A stretch of DNA of 64,000 nucleotides from a virus (taxonomy: Duplodnaviria > Caudoviricetes): the IMG/VR virus record IMGVR_UViG_3300027891_000004, positions 1 to 64,000 of that record. One strand, given 5' to 3'. Position 1 is the stretch's first letter. Each line of letters opens with the position of its first letter. Below, piece after piece: positions 34,107 to 43,600 of this stretch. Position numbers and translations under genes: made by a program. The notes below the pieces were generated by a model, which saw only the letters and a list, made by a program, of their open reading frames with translations, searched no databases and was not told the DNA's origin.

Positions 34107-34495
34107 TGTTCATCCTGTTCTTGTAAAAATTGTATTGCATCTTCAAGGGTTGCAAAATCCTGGTAGTCTTTACGATAAGGATATGCCGCATGAAAAGGAT
34201 ATGCTGCAAAAGGCAAACTACCCGGCTGGCGGCTGTCATAAGAAATCGACCCTATTTTTTTCGCGCCACGGGTAACAACCCACCGGGCGGGAGTTGCCTT
34301 AGCGGGTTCCTGCCATACTTCCCAGTCAGTCGCTAATGTATCGTCCTCCGAAAACGTCGTACCGCAATTAGAAATAGGCGTACAGCGTTTCAACTGATCG
34401 TCCTTGTAAAAGTAATACTTATCCTTACCGCCCCACGATTTTCTGCACACTCGCTCCCCACTATACAGTTGGTAACATGCTTGCACGATGTTCAT
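34103..34495 (-). CDS. DUF2829/Tad2-like protein with C-terminal extension
   Basis: MN..QA...L.SGERV.R.SW.GK.......S..D.LA.DWEV; GGGAG RBS. Confidence 0.7.
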   Translation of the reverse strand: MNIVQACYQLYSGERVCRKSWGGKDKYYFYKDDQLKRCTPISNCGTTFSEDDTLATDWEVWQEPAKATPARWVVTRGAKKIGSISYDSRQPGSLPFAAYPFHAAYPYRKDYQDFATLEDAIQFLQEQDEQ

Positions 34496-34697
34496 TATGT
34501 GTCTCCCTTAGTTTAATGTATTCTTCTGCCAGTTCCCGTGTATCAAAATCGGCGACCCAACAATCGATCCCATCATCGTCACTTTTATACACACCCCAGA
34601 GTTCCGCTTCGTCATCGTTGTCAACAGAATCATAAACGATACTGTGTTCGTCGGCATGAACGATCTTTGCTCCTCTACATCGGAATTGTTTACTCAT
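34461..34697 (-). CDS. Hypothetical protein
   Basis: ATG 34697 with AAGGAGG RBS. Confidence 0.65.
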   Translation of the reverse strand: MSKQFRCRGAKIVHADEHSIVYDSVDNDDEAELWGVYKSDDDGIDCWVADFDTRELAEEYIKLRETHNEHRASMLPTV

Positions 34698-34876
34698 TGC
34701 TTGTCCTCCTTCCATTTCTCTTCGACCCATCGGACAGCTTTTCCGAGTGTTGGGTGGCGTTTAGGTTTTTTTTTTGTTCCACGCTTCAAACGGAAAATCT
34801 TGCGGCTCATCTCGCTCAACAAGGCCAATACACTCACCATCTTTAAGCACTCTCCACTTAACAGGAATTGTTTCAA
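34694..34876 (-). CDS. Small basic hypothetical protein
   Basis: Fills the operon gap. Confidence 0.4.
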   Translation of the reverse strand: MKQFLLSGECLKMVSVLALLSEMSRKIFRLKRGTKKKPKRHPTLGKAVRWVEEKWKEDKQ

Positions 34877-34879
34877 TCG

Positions 34880-35236
34880 TCATTTTGCCTCCTTTACAGG
34901 TGTTAAATCATCAAGAGTACAGACGTTAGTATCGTCTAACGTTTCCACAAAATCTTCGGCATCAAAGGCTACGTATTTACCATTGCGTTTTGTCCACGCT
35001 AGTTCATCTGCAACGTCCATCGGTTCTTTTGAACAGATGAAATAAGATTCGCCTTCATCGAGAACGTATGCTACATACGCAACTGTCCAATCGACGTCAA
35101 CGACGTACTCAACCACAAACTGCTTGCTCTTGGAGTTACAAAACTCCTCGAACTTCTCTTTAATAGAGGTTTCAGTGTAAGCATCGTAATCGTCGTAACC
35201 TTCGGGATCAGTTGTTTCAACTAGAAATAGTTTCAT
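34880..35236 (-). CDS. Acidic hypothetical protein
   Basis: AAGGAG RBS; D/E-rich. Confidence 0.7.
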   Translation of the reverse strand: MKLFLVETTDPEGYDDYDAYTETSIKEKFEEFCNSKSKQFVVEYVVDVDWTVAYVAYVLDEGESYFICSKEPMDVADELAWTKRNGKYVAFDAEDFVETLDDTNVCTLDDLTPVKEAK

Positions 35237-35293
35237 TATTCAGTCTCCTTGTTAGCATAACTTTCTTTGAATTTCTCCCATTCAATGTTGAGC

Positions 35294-35629
35294 TTAACTC
35301 TCATTGACAAACCCCTCACTTTCTAACAGTGCTAAAATTGCTTGATTATATTCATTGTGAAAGCCACATGCCCGACCGCCAGGAATATCTCTGCACAACT
35401 CGCCAAGTTTTTTACCACGTTTTGTCAATTGAAATCCAACCGATGTGTTGGTAACTAACCCATTATTTACGGCTCCTTGTAAATGATTCATAAACCCCAA
35501 AGTAGAACCAAAATATCTTGTCCCGTATCCTCCTTCGACAAGATCACGGCATATCGCCGCGTGACGAAAACTAATCCCTTCAATATCATAGGGCGTAGCT
35601 GGCGTATATTTTGGTTTCTTCTTTTTCAT
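35294..35629 (-). CDS. Hypothetical protein, winged-helix-like
   Basis: NGLVT.....QLTKRGK.L. Confidence 0.65.
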   Translation of the reverse strand: MKKKKPKYTPATPYDIEGISFRHAAICRDLVEGGYGTRYFGSTLGFMNHLQGAVNNGLVTNTSVGFQLTKRGKKLGELCRDIPGGRACGFHNEYNQAILALLESEGFVNES

Positions 35630-35817
35630 TGTTTTGTAGGCTAAAGCGTAGCGAATGGTAGGCTAAGAGCAGAAGGTGTTAAAATCAGCCACTATCTTTC
35701 ACCATTGCTATTCAAACGGCCTGCCCCGGCAAACGGGTAATTCACACGTGGTCTCTCGCATCCACCTCTTAGTGCAACTTGGGCCCACCAAACGCTACAT
35801 GTTTATCGTAATTCCTC

Positions 35818-35994
35818 TCACTTTTTCAGCAGTGCTCTTATGGCTTCTTGTAAACCATCAATAATCTCAGACTTGTTGACAAGTTCTGCTGCCAGGATGT
35901 CAACGATTGTTTCCAAACTAACATCGCCTTCGTGCTCTGGGCATTCGTAATCATAGCTGCGGCGTGCCCAATCAATCCAATCATTTTTCGTCAT
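35818..35994 (-). CDS. Small hypothetical protein (58 aa), not in ORF track
   Basis: MTKNDWIDWARRSYDYECPEH...EAIRALLKK, starts 3 nt after the upstream stop. Confidence 0.6.
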   Translation of the reverse strand: MTKNDWIDWARRSYDYECPEHEGDVSLETIVDILAAELVNKSEIIDGLQEAIRALLKK

Positions 35995-35997
35995 AAT

Positions 35998-36303
35998 TTA
36001 TCCGTCCGTTTCAACAAGTTCAAATTCTTTTCTTTTACGTTTTAGAAAATAACGTTTCCGCAACCGAGACAACGCTACCTTTGGATCAGGGTGAAAGCAT
36101 ATCTCGTGTAAAGCTGGCGGTTTTATATCTTCCTCATCAGGTGGACACTGCGCGGGTAGCTTAAACTCTTTAACCACCGCAACCAAGCTAGAAATCCTGG
36201 CCAACGTTCTGGTACTCTCCTCATCAATGTACCAGCGCATGCCCAACAAAGTCGCTAACTCGGCCACAAAGCCGGATACAAGCAATGCAATGAACGTAAA
36301 CAT
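35998..36303 (-). CDS. Membrane-anchored hypothetical protein
   Basis: AGGAG RBS; N-terminal TM. Confidence 0.65.
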   Translation of the reverse strand: MFTFIALLVSGFVAELATLLGMRWYIDEESTRTLARISSLVAVVKEFKLPAQCPPDEEDIKPPALHEICFHPDPKVALSRLRKRYFLKRKRKEFELVETDG

Positions 36304-36489
36304 GTGGGTCTCCTACGTAAATGGAATTTTTGTAATCATGGCGCTAATGTAGGCAAACTGAAAATGAAAAGTAGCGTTGGTGAATTCGTTTGTAGTTTTT
36401 ATATGGCGATTTTGAACCGTTTGTTGAACACTAAAATTATTTTGATAACACCGTTTCTCAAATAGATTCACAATGTGATACTCCCGCGT

Positions 36490-37158
36490 CTAAAGCCGTG
36501 GGATTTCCCACACGTTTGTCTTAAAAGTTTCAACTCGCATCCGTGCCTCGGCGATTCCGGCGGTTCCATTTTCTTTACCGTATGGGGTATGAAACGCGAT
36601 GCCGTCTAAAAATTCAATCGTCTTTTCAAGGTATTCGTCCCACCCAGTATACCGAAAACATTCGGAACGAATCCCAACTAAACAACCGAACAACGTATCA
36701 TTACAATACTGCATCATATCCGCGTCAAGAAGACACATGCGGTCGGCGGTTAAACATTCCAATTCATGCGGGTATTCCGTTGCCAAAATCAAATTCGCCA
36801 CCATATCAACATGGTAAGCATCGGGCGATATGTAAGGCTCTCGTTTCCTCTCGTTGTGAAAATGAAAATATCGGAACGCATCCGCCGCAATTTCAACATT
36901 TTTACCATCTGGGAACAAACCGCCGGAATGCCCAAAATCATGGAAAAGGGCTGCGAGCAAAACATGGACTGGGCATTCTTTTTCAAATCCCCATCGCCAC
37001 GAGTCCCAACATTTCTCGGCGTAAAACATAACGTAAAGCGAATGTTGGAGGTTATGGTACGGTAAAGCCTGCGAAGGATTGTTTTCCAGTATCCAACGGA
37101 CAACTGGGCCTAGTTGGTACTTTTCGATCAGTTGTAGAACGCTATCCGGAAATGACAT
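36490..37158 (-). CDS. HD-domain phosphohydrolase
   Basis: PYHNLQH...LLAALFHDFGHSG...D..NV..A...I.ATEYP...DADMMQ. Confidence 0.85.
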   Translation of the reverse strand: MSFPDSVLQLIEKYQLGPVVRWILENNPSQALPYHNLQHSLYVMFYAEKCWDSWRWGFEKECPVHVLLAALFHDFGHSGGLFPDGKNVEIAADAFRYFHFHNERKREPYISPDAYHVDMVANLILATEYPHELECLTADRMCLLDADMMQYCNDTLFGCLVGIRSECFRYTGWDEYLEKTIEFLDGIAFHTPYGKENGTAGIAEARMRVETFKTNVWEIPRL

Positions 37159-37179
37159 TATTTTGATGATAGAACGGCA

Positions 37180-37222
37180 GAAGTAGGCATATCGGCATGT
37201 AATACGCCGATATGCCTACTTC
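37180..37222. repeat. 17-bp perfect inverted repeat upstream of the HD gene
   Basis: GAAGTAGGCATATCGGC-ATGTAATAC-GCCGATATGCCTACTTC. Confidence 0.85.
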
Positions 37223-37267
37223 CGACGAAAACGCAAGAAAAATATCGGGATGATGCTAAGTCTACGA

Positions 37268-37320
37268 AAAAATTCTCTAGTGCGCCCGATTCCCAAAGTT
37301 TACTGATTTATGATATAAAT
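37268..37320 (+). promoter_or_regulatory. Third copy of the AAAAATTCTCTAGTGCGC promoter box
   Basis: Near-identical to 25793-25845, with TGATATAAAT 25 nt after the box. Confidence 0.75.
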
Positions 37321-37366
37321 CAGCGAAGGTTTTATTTCATTCGTAAACCTTATCCACAAAATTACC

Positions 37367-37660
37367 ATGCAAAAGTTAGCAGATATCTTCACGTTTTCGA
37401 GGGCCTACCCCGCCACGTGGCGGGGTTTCAACGTTTGCCGCCGCAACAGCCGACCAAGTGAGTGTAGACGGGCGACGAAACGGGCGGCCCGTTGTACGTC
37501 GAGTTGGCCACCGGCATTTTATCATAAACAGGCGGACTATGTTGCATCTGGGTATGGAAAAATTCCTTCTTCCGGAAGCTACCGCAGGTACGGCATTGTG
37601 CTATGTCAAGCCCAAGATTACATTTGGCGGTCTCCGCCATTCGGAAGTGTAGGCACGGTC
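37367..37660 (+). pseudogene. Degraded leader-family gene (frameshift plus palindrome insertion); 3' end approximate
   Basis: MQKLADI, then a frameshift, then GTT TTC GAG GGC CT (VFEGL), a 21-nt palindrome, and CAA CGT (QR); early stop. Confidence 0.7.
37407..37426. repeat. Dispersed palindrome copy 7
   Basis: ACCCCGCCACGTGGCGGGGT. Confidence 0.95.
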
Positions 37661-37666
37661 GCATCG

Positions 37667-40600
37667 TTATTGAAGTCGTTCTTTTGTCAGCGCACTAAAT
37701 TCCAACCGGTTAAACGACCGGTCCCATACGTATATTGTGTTGTTCCCGGAAACAACGAGTCTGCCGCTTTTATCCAACGGATCGTTCGCCACGCTCATTT
37801 CGCCGTTGTACATCGGGGCGGCGAGCCAAAAATCACCGGTCCCAGCTGCTTCGCTATAAAAAGTATTTTGCCAACAGTCAACGGGATCGTTTGCGGTTAG
37901 CCTATCGTACCTTACCGCCGTATTGTAATCGTTTACGTAAATACATCTATCTCGTAACGGATGCGTAATCGCATCCGCTTCGGACACTTCCTTCCGCTCG
38001 CCTATTTTATGGAACGGGATATACGGCACGTCGTCTTTGTGGATTTTTAGGGAATCGTGCAACTCACGATTCCAAACTATTATACACACGTTGGGGTACG
38101 ATTGTTTTATTTTGGCCCTTAGTTCGCAATCGCAGGGGTAGTCCCATATATTCATATCGTCGGGGCCTTTGCCGCCGAAACAGTCGTACCGCTCGTACAA
38201 CGGGAGCAGGTTCTTTACAACGGGCTGCTTCCGTGACCATGTAACAACCGATTGCCCAACCCCCATATCTTTCCAGTCCATGTGATCGTCCCGCTCGTTA
38301 TTCCAGGGATCGTCGTAGAACATAGAGTACGCCGCAATCCCGTGAAACACGGGTGCCGCTATTGTCCCTTTGTTCTCATACCGGAAACATACAATATTTG
38401 ATATACGGGGATCGGTAGACAACAATTTTGGCGGTTCGTTTGCAACCACGCGCTCCTCGGTGCTGTAGAAGACGTAGGCGGCCCGTTCATCCGGCGTTTC
38501 GCCCATATATTTGTATTTCCACGGCACGTAGCCGACGCGTTCTTCCTGAAGGAACCCGTGTCGCACGTAGCCTTCGTTGTTTGTGTCGAACGAATAGGCC
38601 AGGTCATGCTCAAAATAAACATCAACCTCATCGCCCCGCAAATCCTTGATCTTTGTTTTCCACCTTTTCGGTCGCTCGAATATGTAAAAATACTGCGGTT
38701 CCTGCCCCCCGGTCGGGCCTGTTTTATTCGGTTCCGTCTGTCCTTCGTACACCGCGATCTCTACCAACTCCGCCTCATATTCCAATTCAACGCCGTTTTC
38801 GTCCACGCTGACAAGTTTTACCTTTTGACCAAGTGGGCAATCTTGATAATAGTAAAAGAACATGCCCGACGTATCGGCACATGGCTCTACATCTCTGGGG
38901 CATTGACGTATTTCTGTGGTGATTTCAATATCCGGCCGTTTTCTATAGAAAGAGCCACGCTGCACCACGTAGTAATCTCGCCCGCAACAGGAAATACTGA
39001 AATTATCTTCGCCCAAAGACAATTTGTCGGTAGTCGGCAGTGTTCCGTTGCTGATCGGGGCCTCTCCGCTAACGTTAATGTTGCGTGTGCCGTTTATAAA
39101 AAGAACTTGGTCTCCGTCAGGAACGAGGGTAGGCTTGCCTTCGATAAAATGCACGGAGGTACCACGGAGAATCACGCCGTTCCCGCAGCACCCGGTTACT
39201 GTGTAATTTCTGAAATCCCCGTCTAGCTTTTTCGATTTGTAGTAGAAATTACCGCTCTCAAACAAAGCGTATTCCCCGTCGCCCAAAACGCCGTCCCCGC
39301 AACACGACGCGAACGGCGTGGTTTCATTCAACAAGGTATTGCCGTAATATGTCGTTATATTTTTGGTATCTACGTCTGTTATTTGGGTGTAGTTGCCGCA
39401 CCTTGCCGAGCTGCGACATGCACAAACCCAGCTTAACTCTCCCCGGTAGTGTACTATCTTATTCGGAACAACATGTCCGTCCGTGTCAACTGCGAGCATG
39501 GTATTACCGAAGGTAGAAATGCCCGCCATGTTGGGCGGGATTTGGCAGCACCAAATCACAGCGCTGGTATCGCCTGTTTCCCACCCTGACGATACTCCGC
39601 ACGAACTGCCACCCTCAAATCCCATACATTGAACCTTACCATCAAGCTCGCCTATATCTTCGGGATCATCGCTCGCCCACGCCGCAACTGCCGAGTTATA
39701 CTGCACAATATACGAATTAAACCCGCCTGTGGTCGTTTGCGAGTAATCGTAGTAGCTACCCATTATCTGGGCCTGCCGGGTATGTTTCGTTTCGGGGTCG
39801 GTGCTCAAGGCAGCACACCCACCCCAGCCCATACTGATGCCACGCGAAGACCCGCCACCCCCCATACTCCAGCGGGACTCGCCCCAGGCGTATATACCTC
39901 CGGGCATGTCGCCCAACATACTCCTCGGACACGTACTCCATACATGCTGCCCCGTAATACTCATATCAACGCTACAGCCGGTCGGGACCATCCGTTCGGT
40001 TTTGCTGTTCCATTTATACAGGGTAAAAGAAGCACCGATGACGCCGCCCGGTTCAGTTACATCGCCGCTATCCCCTACAATAAACAGCGACCAGTCGCCA
40101 ATTTCTGATAAGGGGAACAGACCCGTGCTAAGCGCATCGGATTCCATATAATAATCGCCCATACAAACACGAAGGAGTGATACCCATGTTTTGGAATCGC
40201 CCGCATCCGTAAAAACAGCCTTACGGATAGTGATACTTGTGCTGCAACCTCGCACGTGTTCCTCGCAATTAACGGTTTTAGCGAACATGCACGTTACAAC
40301 AATCGCGCCTCCGAGCAGAACTTGGGCACTGATCGCCTCATGCGCCACACGCCCGTCAAGCCAAACATCGACAGACGTATCGCCCGTACCACCGCACGGG
40401 TTAGGGCGGCCCTCGCCCGGTCGGTACACAAGAGCGTAACGCGGCCCGCAAATGCAATTACAACTTGTGCTCCCGTCCGCATACGTTTTGACCAACCGCC
40501 CCTTGTAGAACGCATAAAGAGTTGTCCCATCCCTCGATTGGACAAGAAGGTAGTTTTTCATAATGGCATTGCCGTACTTTTCGATGTCTGCGCGTGAGAC

Positions 40601-43600
40601 CCAACTGGATCGCAACGAAAAGATGTCCGGAACCTTGTCATAGTCGAACGATTGTGAGAATTCTTTTAGTACCGTCCGTCCCGTATTAACGGTGCTCTCC
40701 AACGATTCAGAAAAATCCAACATCCACAGCCGGAACATCTGGACGTTATCGCCTATACTATACGTTGCCACGGCATACGTATCGCCTAAACATCGCATCC
40801 CTTCTCTCATTTGCTCGCCGTTCGGGGCGATAAAAGCGCGGCTGCCCGCCTCAAGCGACCATAGAATATCGGCGTTTTTATACAATACTTTTCGATGCGT
40901 ACCGTCCGCGTCGAGGTTTACCGCGAGCATATCTCCGCAGGCGGTCATTGAAGCGACCTTGCCGACGAACAACGCCTTCGCCTGCGCACACGTCTCCCAA
41001 TCGCCGGTACTCGCTTGGTATTCCGTGGTAGGCCGCAGGTCCATCTGTCCCATGTTCTTGTAGAAAATGGCAAGTTCGCTGTTCGTCTTACCTCCGATTT
41101 CCGAGAAAGGTCTGCGCCCGTTTTCCCAATGGAACCCGGTCCAAAAGCAGTATTCATCTATATTTATCGGGTCCTGCGTAGGCGAGGATGCCTGAATCGA
41201 ATACCGCATATAATAAACATCGCCTTCCTGCGTCCCCACGCGGAGCGGCAGACCTTCGGGATCGCCCCAGCACTGTATCCATTGCCGCCACCAAATCCCT
41301 GATTCTTGGTCATCCTTCGGCGGGTGCGTTACGGTTATCAAATCCTCGCCTACAAGGATTTGTTCCGTAACCATCCTCGGAGGATCGGGCGGATCGAAAA
41401 TATCGTCCTTCCGGTATATCGGCCCCTGTACGTACCATTTACCAATTACGCCGGACGTTGAATCGGTCTCTCGGACATGCGCGTCTTGGGGCGGGACCGG
41501 CATCTTTCTTTCTAGCGTTTTCGGCTTGTCGTTTTCATCCCAATCGGGGATTTCATCGTCATCACCCCGCCCCCGCGATTTGAAATAATCGGTCCAATAA
41601 TCGGTCCAATACTGTAATATTTCCGTTTCGTCCTCGAAATGCCCCGTCGGGTTGTCCAGCTCTTTCTGAACATCGCGGGCGATAAGCCTGGCCCGTAAAT
41701 CCTTTACCTTGATAGGCGCGGTAAACCAATGCGCGTACCAAAACAACCCTTTTTTCTCAAACCGACCAAATTTCCATGTAGTGCCGTTCTCGTCTGGGAG
41801 ACTTTCGCTCGGCGGGCTGGGTATCGGGTACGTGTTGAATTTTGTTGTATCCTCTTCCAATTCCGTTTGCGGCGGGGACGGGGCGGAACCGCGTTCGTAC
41901 CTGTGCATCCGCTGATGTATATCGACATCATTCGGGATTTCAAACCCCGGTCGGGTCAGATAGGCGGGGTAGAAGAGTGTAAAATACTTGCGTAGCTCTA
42001 CCGGGTCGTCGTCTCGTGCCCATTGTTCCGTAAACCCGGTAGCGTTGTCGCGTTCTACCGTGTGCGGGGCGCGCAGCACCAACGCATGGACCGCGTTAAA
42101 CCCAAGCTGCGAATCGCTAACGTTATCGTTATCGGGTCTAACCATACCCGGCAGTTGCCGGTATAGCCCGTTTAGATTGACAACATCAATCCGCCCGATC
42201 ACCGTGTAATCTTTTTTCGTCCGGCAGTTCGCCATATCACGCACGATATAGGCGTAATTTGTCGCGTAGCCCGAATCCGAGCGGATCGGAAATATACGAC
42301 CGCCCAACGGCTCCAGTTTCGCAACGCAGCCTTCCCCATGACACTGTACAGTTCTTTTTATCGTCGCGGGTCGGCCTTCATCATCCTGTTTGCACGCGAT
42401 AAAATAGGCGTCGAACGTAGGGAGTCTGTATCCGATGCCGGGCATAACAATCCAGCCATCCTGATAGACGGGGTCATATTCGTCGCAAAACGTCGGATGC
42501 ACGCGTAGAATCCTATCGGCCAGATCGGGGTCGCACGATCCTCTCGGCCGGTGACTCCACGTCGGTTCCTTGTCTTTCCGGTCCTCTTCTGGCTCTTTAT
42601 CTGTGCCCGGCTTCCCGCCATTTATCTGGTAACAATCGCTACAGCCACTCGGCGGATCGCACCCGCACCCACCCCCGCAATTTAATTCGGAACATTCGCC
42701 TGACGAATCCTCGAAACAGACCAAGCAGCACTGTTCCATCCATTTGGAGAACGTTACTCGGACATCGTTAGGCAGGATATTACCCGACGAGCCTTCATAC
42801 CATGTTTTATGTCGCGGGTACGTCGGGACCTTATCTTCGCAATTATCGTGATACTCTACTTCCGAAAGATGGTATTGGAACTCATAATCGCACCCGAACA
42901 AAATCGACCCCAATTTTTCCTCCGGCAACGGTTTCGCCCAATACGCATCGTCCCGAAACGACCATAAAACGCGGTCGTCGATCAACGTTTCCAATTTCGT
43001 ATCGTCGATTGCTTCTTTTACCGCCCGCAGGTACGCAAGTTTCGTCCTGAGTTCAAATATGTCCGACCAACCATCCTGAAGCTCTTGTATGAAAATATCC
43101 CGTTGCGTTTTAGCGCTGTCAAGATTGCTGACGCATGACGTATGTTCCGTATTTCGGCTGCTTATCCGGCTATTCACAATTTGCAACCATGCTACCACCA
43201 TCGGATAGCGAGGGTCCGTATTGGTGTTATTGAGCAGCCATGTATCCCAAATACTTTTTTCAAGCGAAAGATCATACAAATCCGCTTCCAGTTGTGCAAT
43301 TCGACGGCCCAACGCGGTTATCTTACGCTCGTTCGCCTTGTACGCCTTGTTCTTCAGCAGTAGCGTTTTCGAGGTGGCCATCAATTCTGATTCCGCAGGT
43401 GTTACCAGGGCATCCATATCCGTCTCGTTGAACACGCCGGTTATTACGCCGGTGGCCGTCGCCACTTTAACCAACCCAAGCAATTCCCCCGACCGTTGGA
43501 GATCGTTCAACGCTTTGTTCCATTGTTCCGACGCAACCATAGCGGCTTCGTAATCCGGGAGCATTACGATCAGGTCATTTTCCAAACCGTCGCGTTCGGA

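Noticed and set aside
37367-37900. 177-aa ORF as an intact gene
   Set aside because: The leader homology shifts frame after codon 7-8, and the ORF runs antisense into the 2416-aa gene; treated as a pseudogene.
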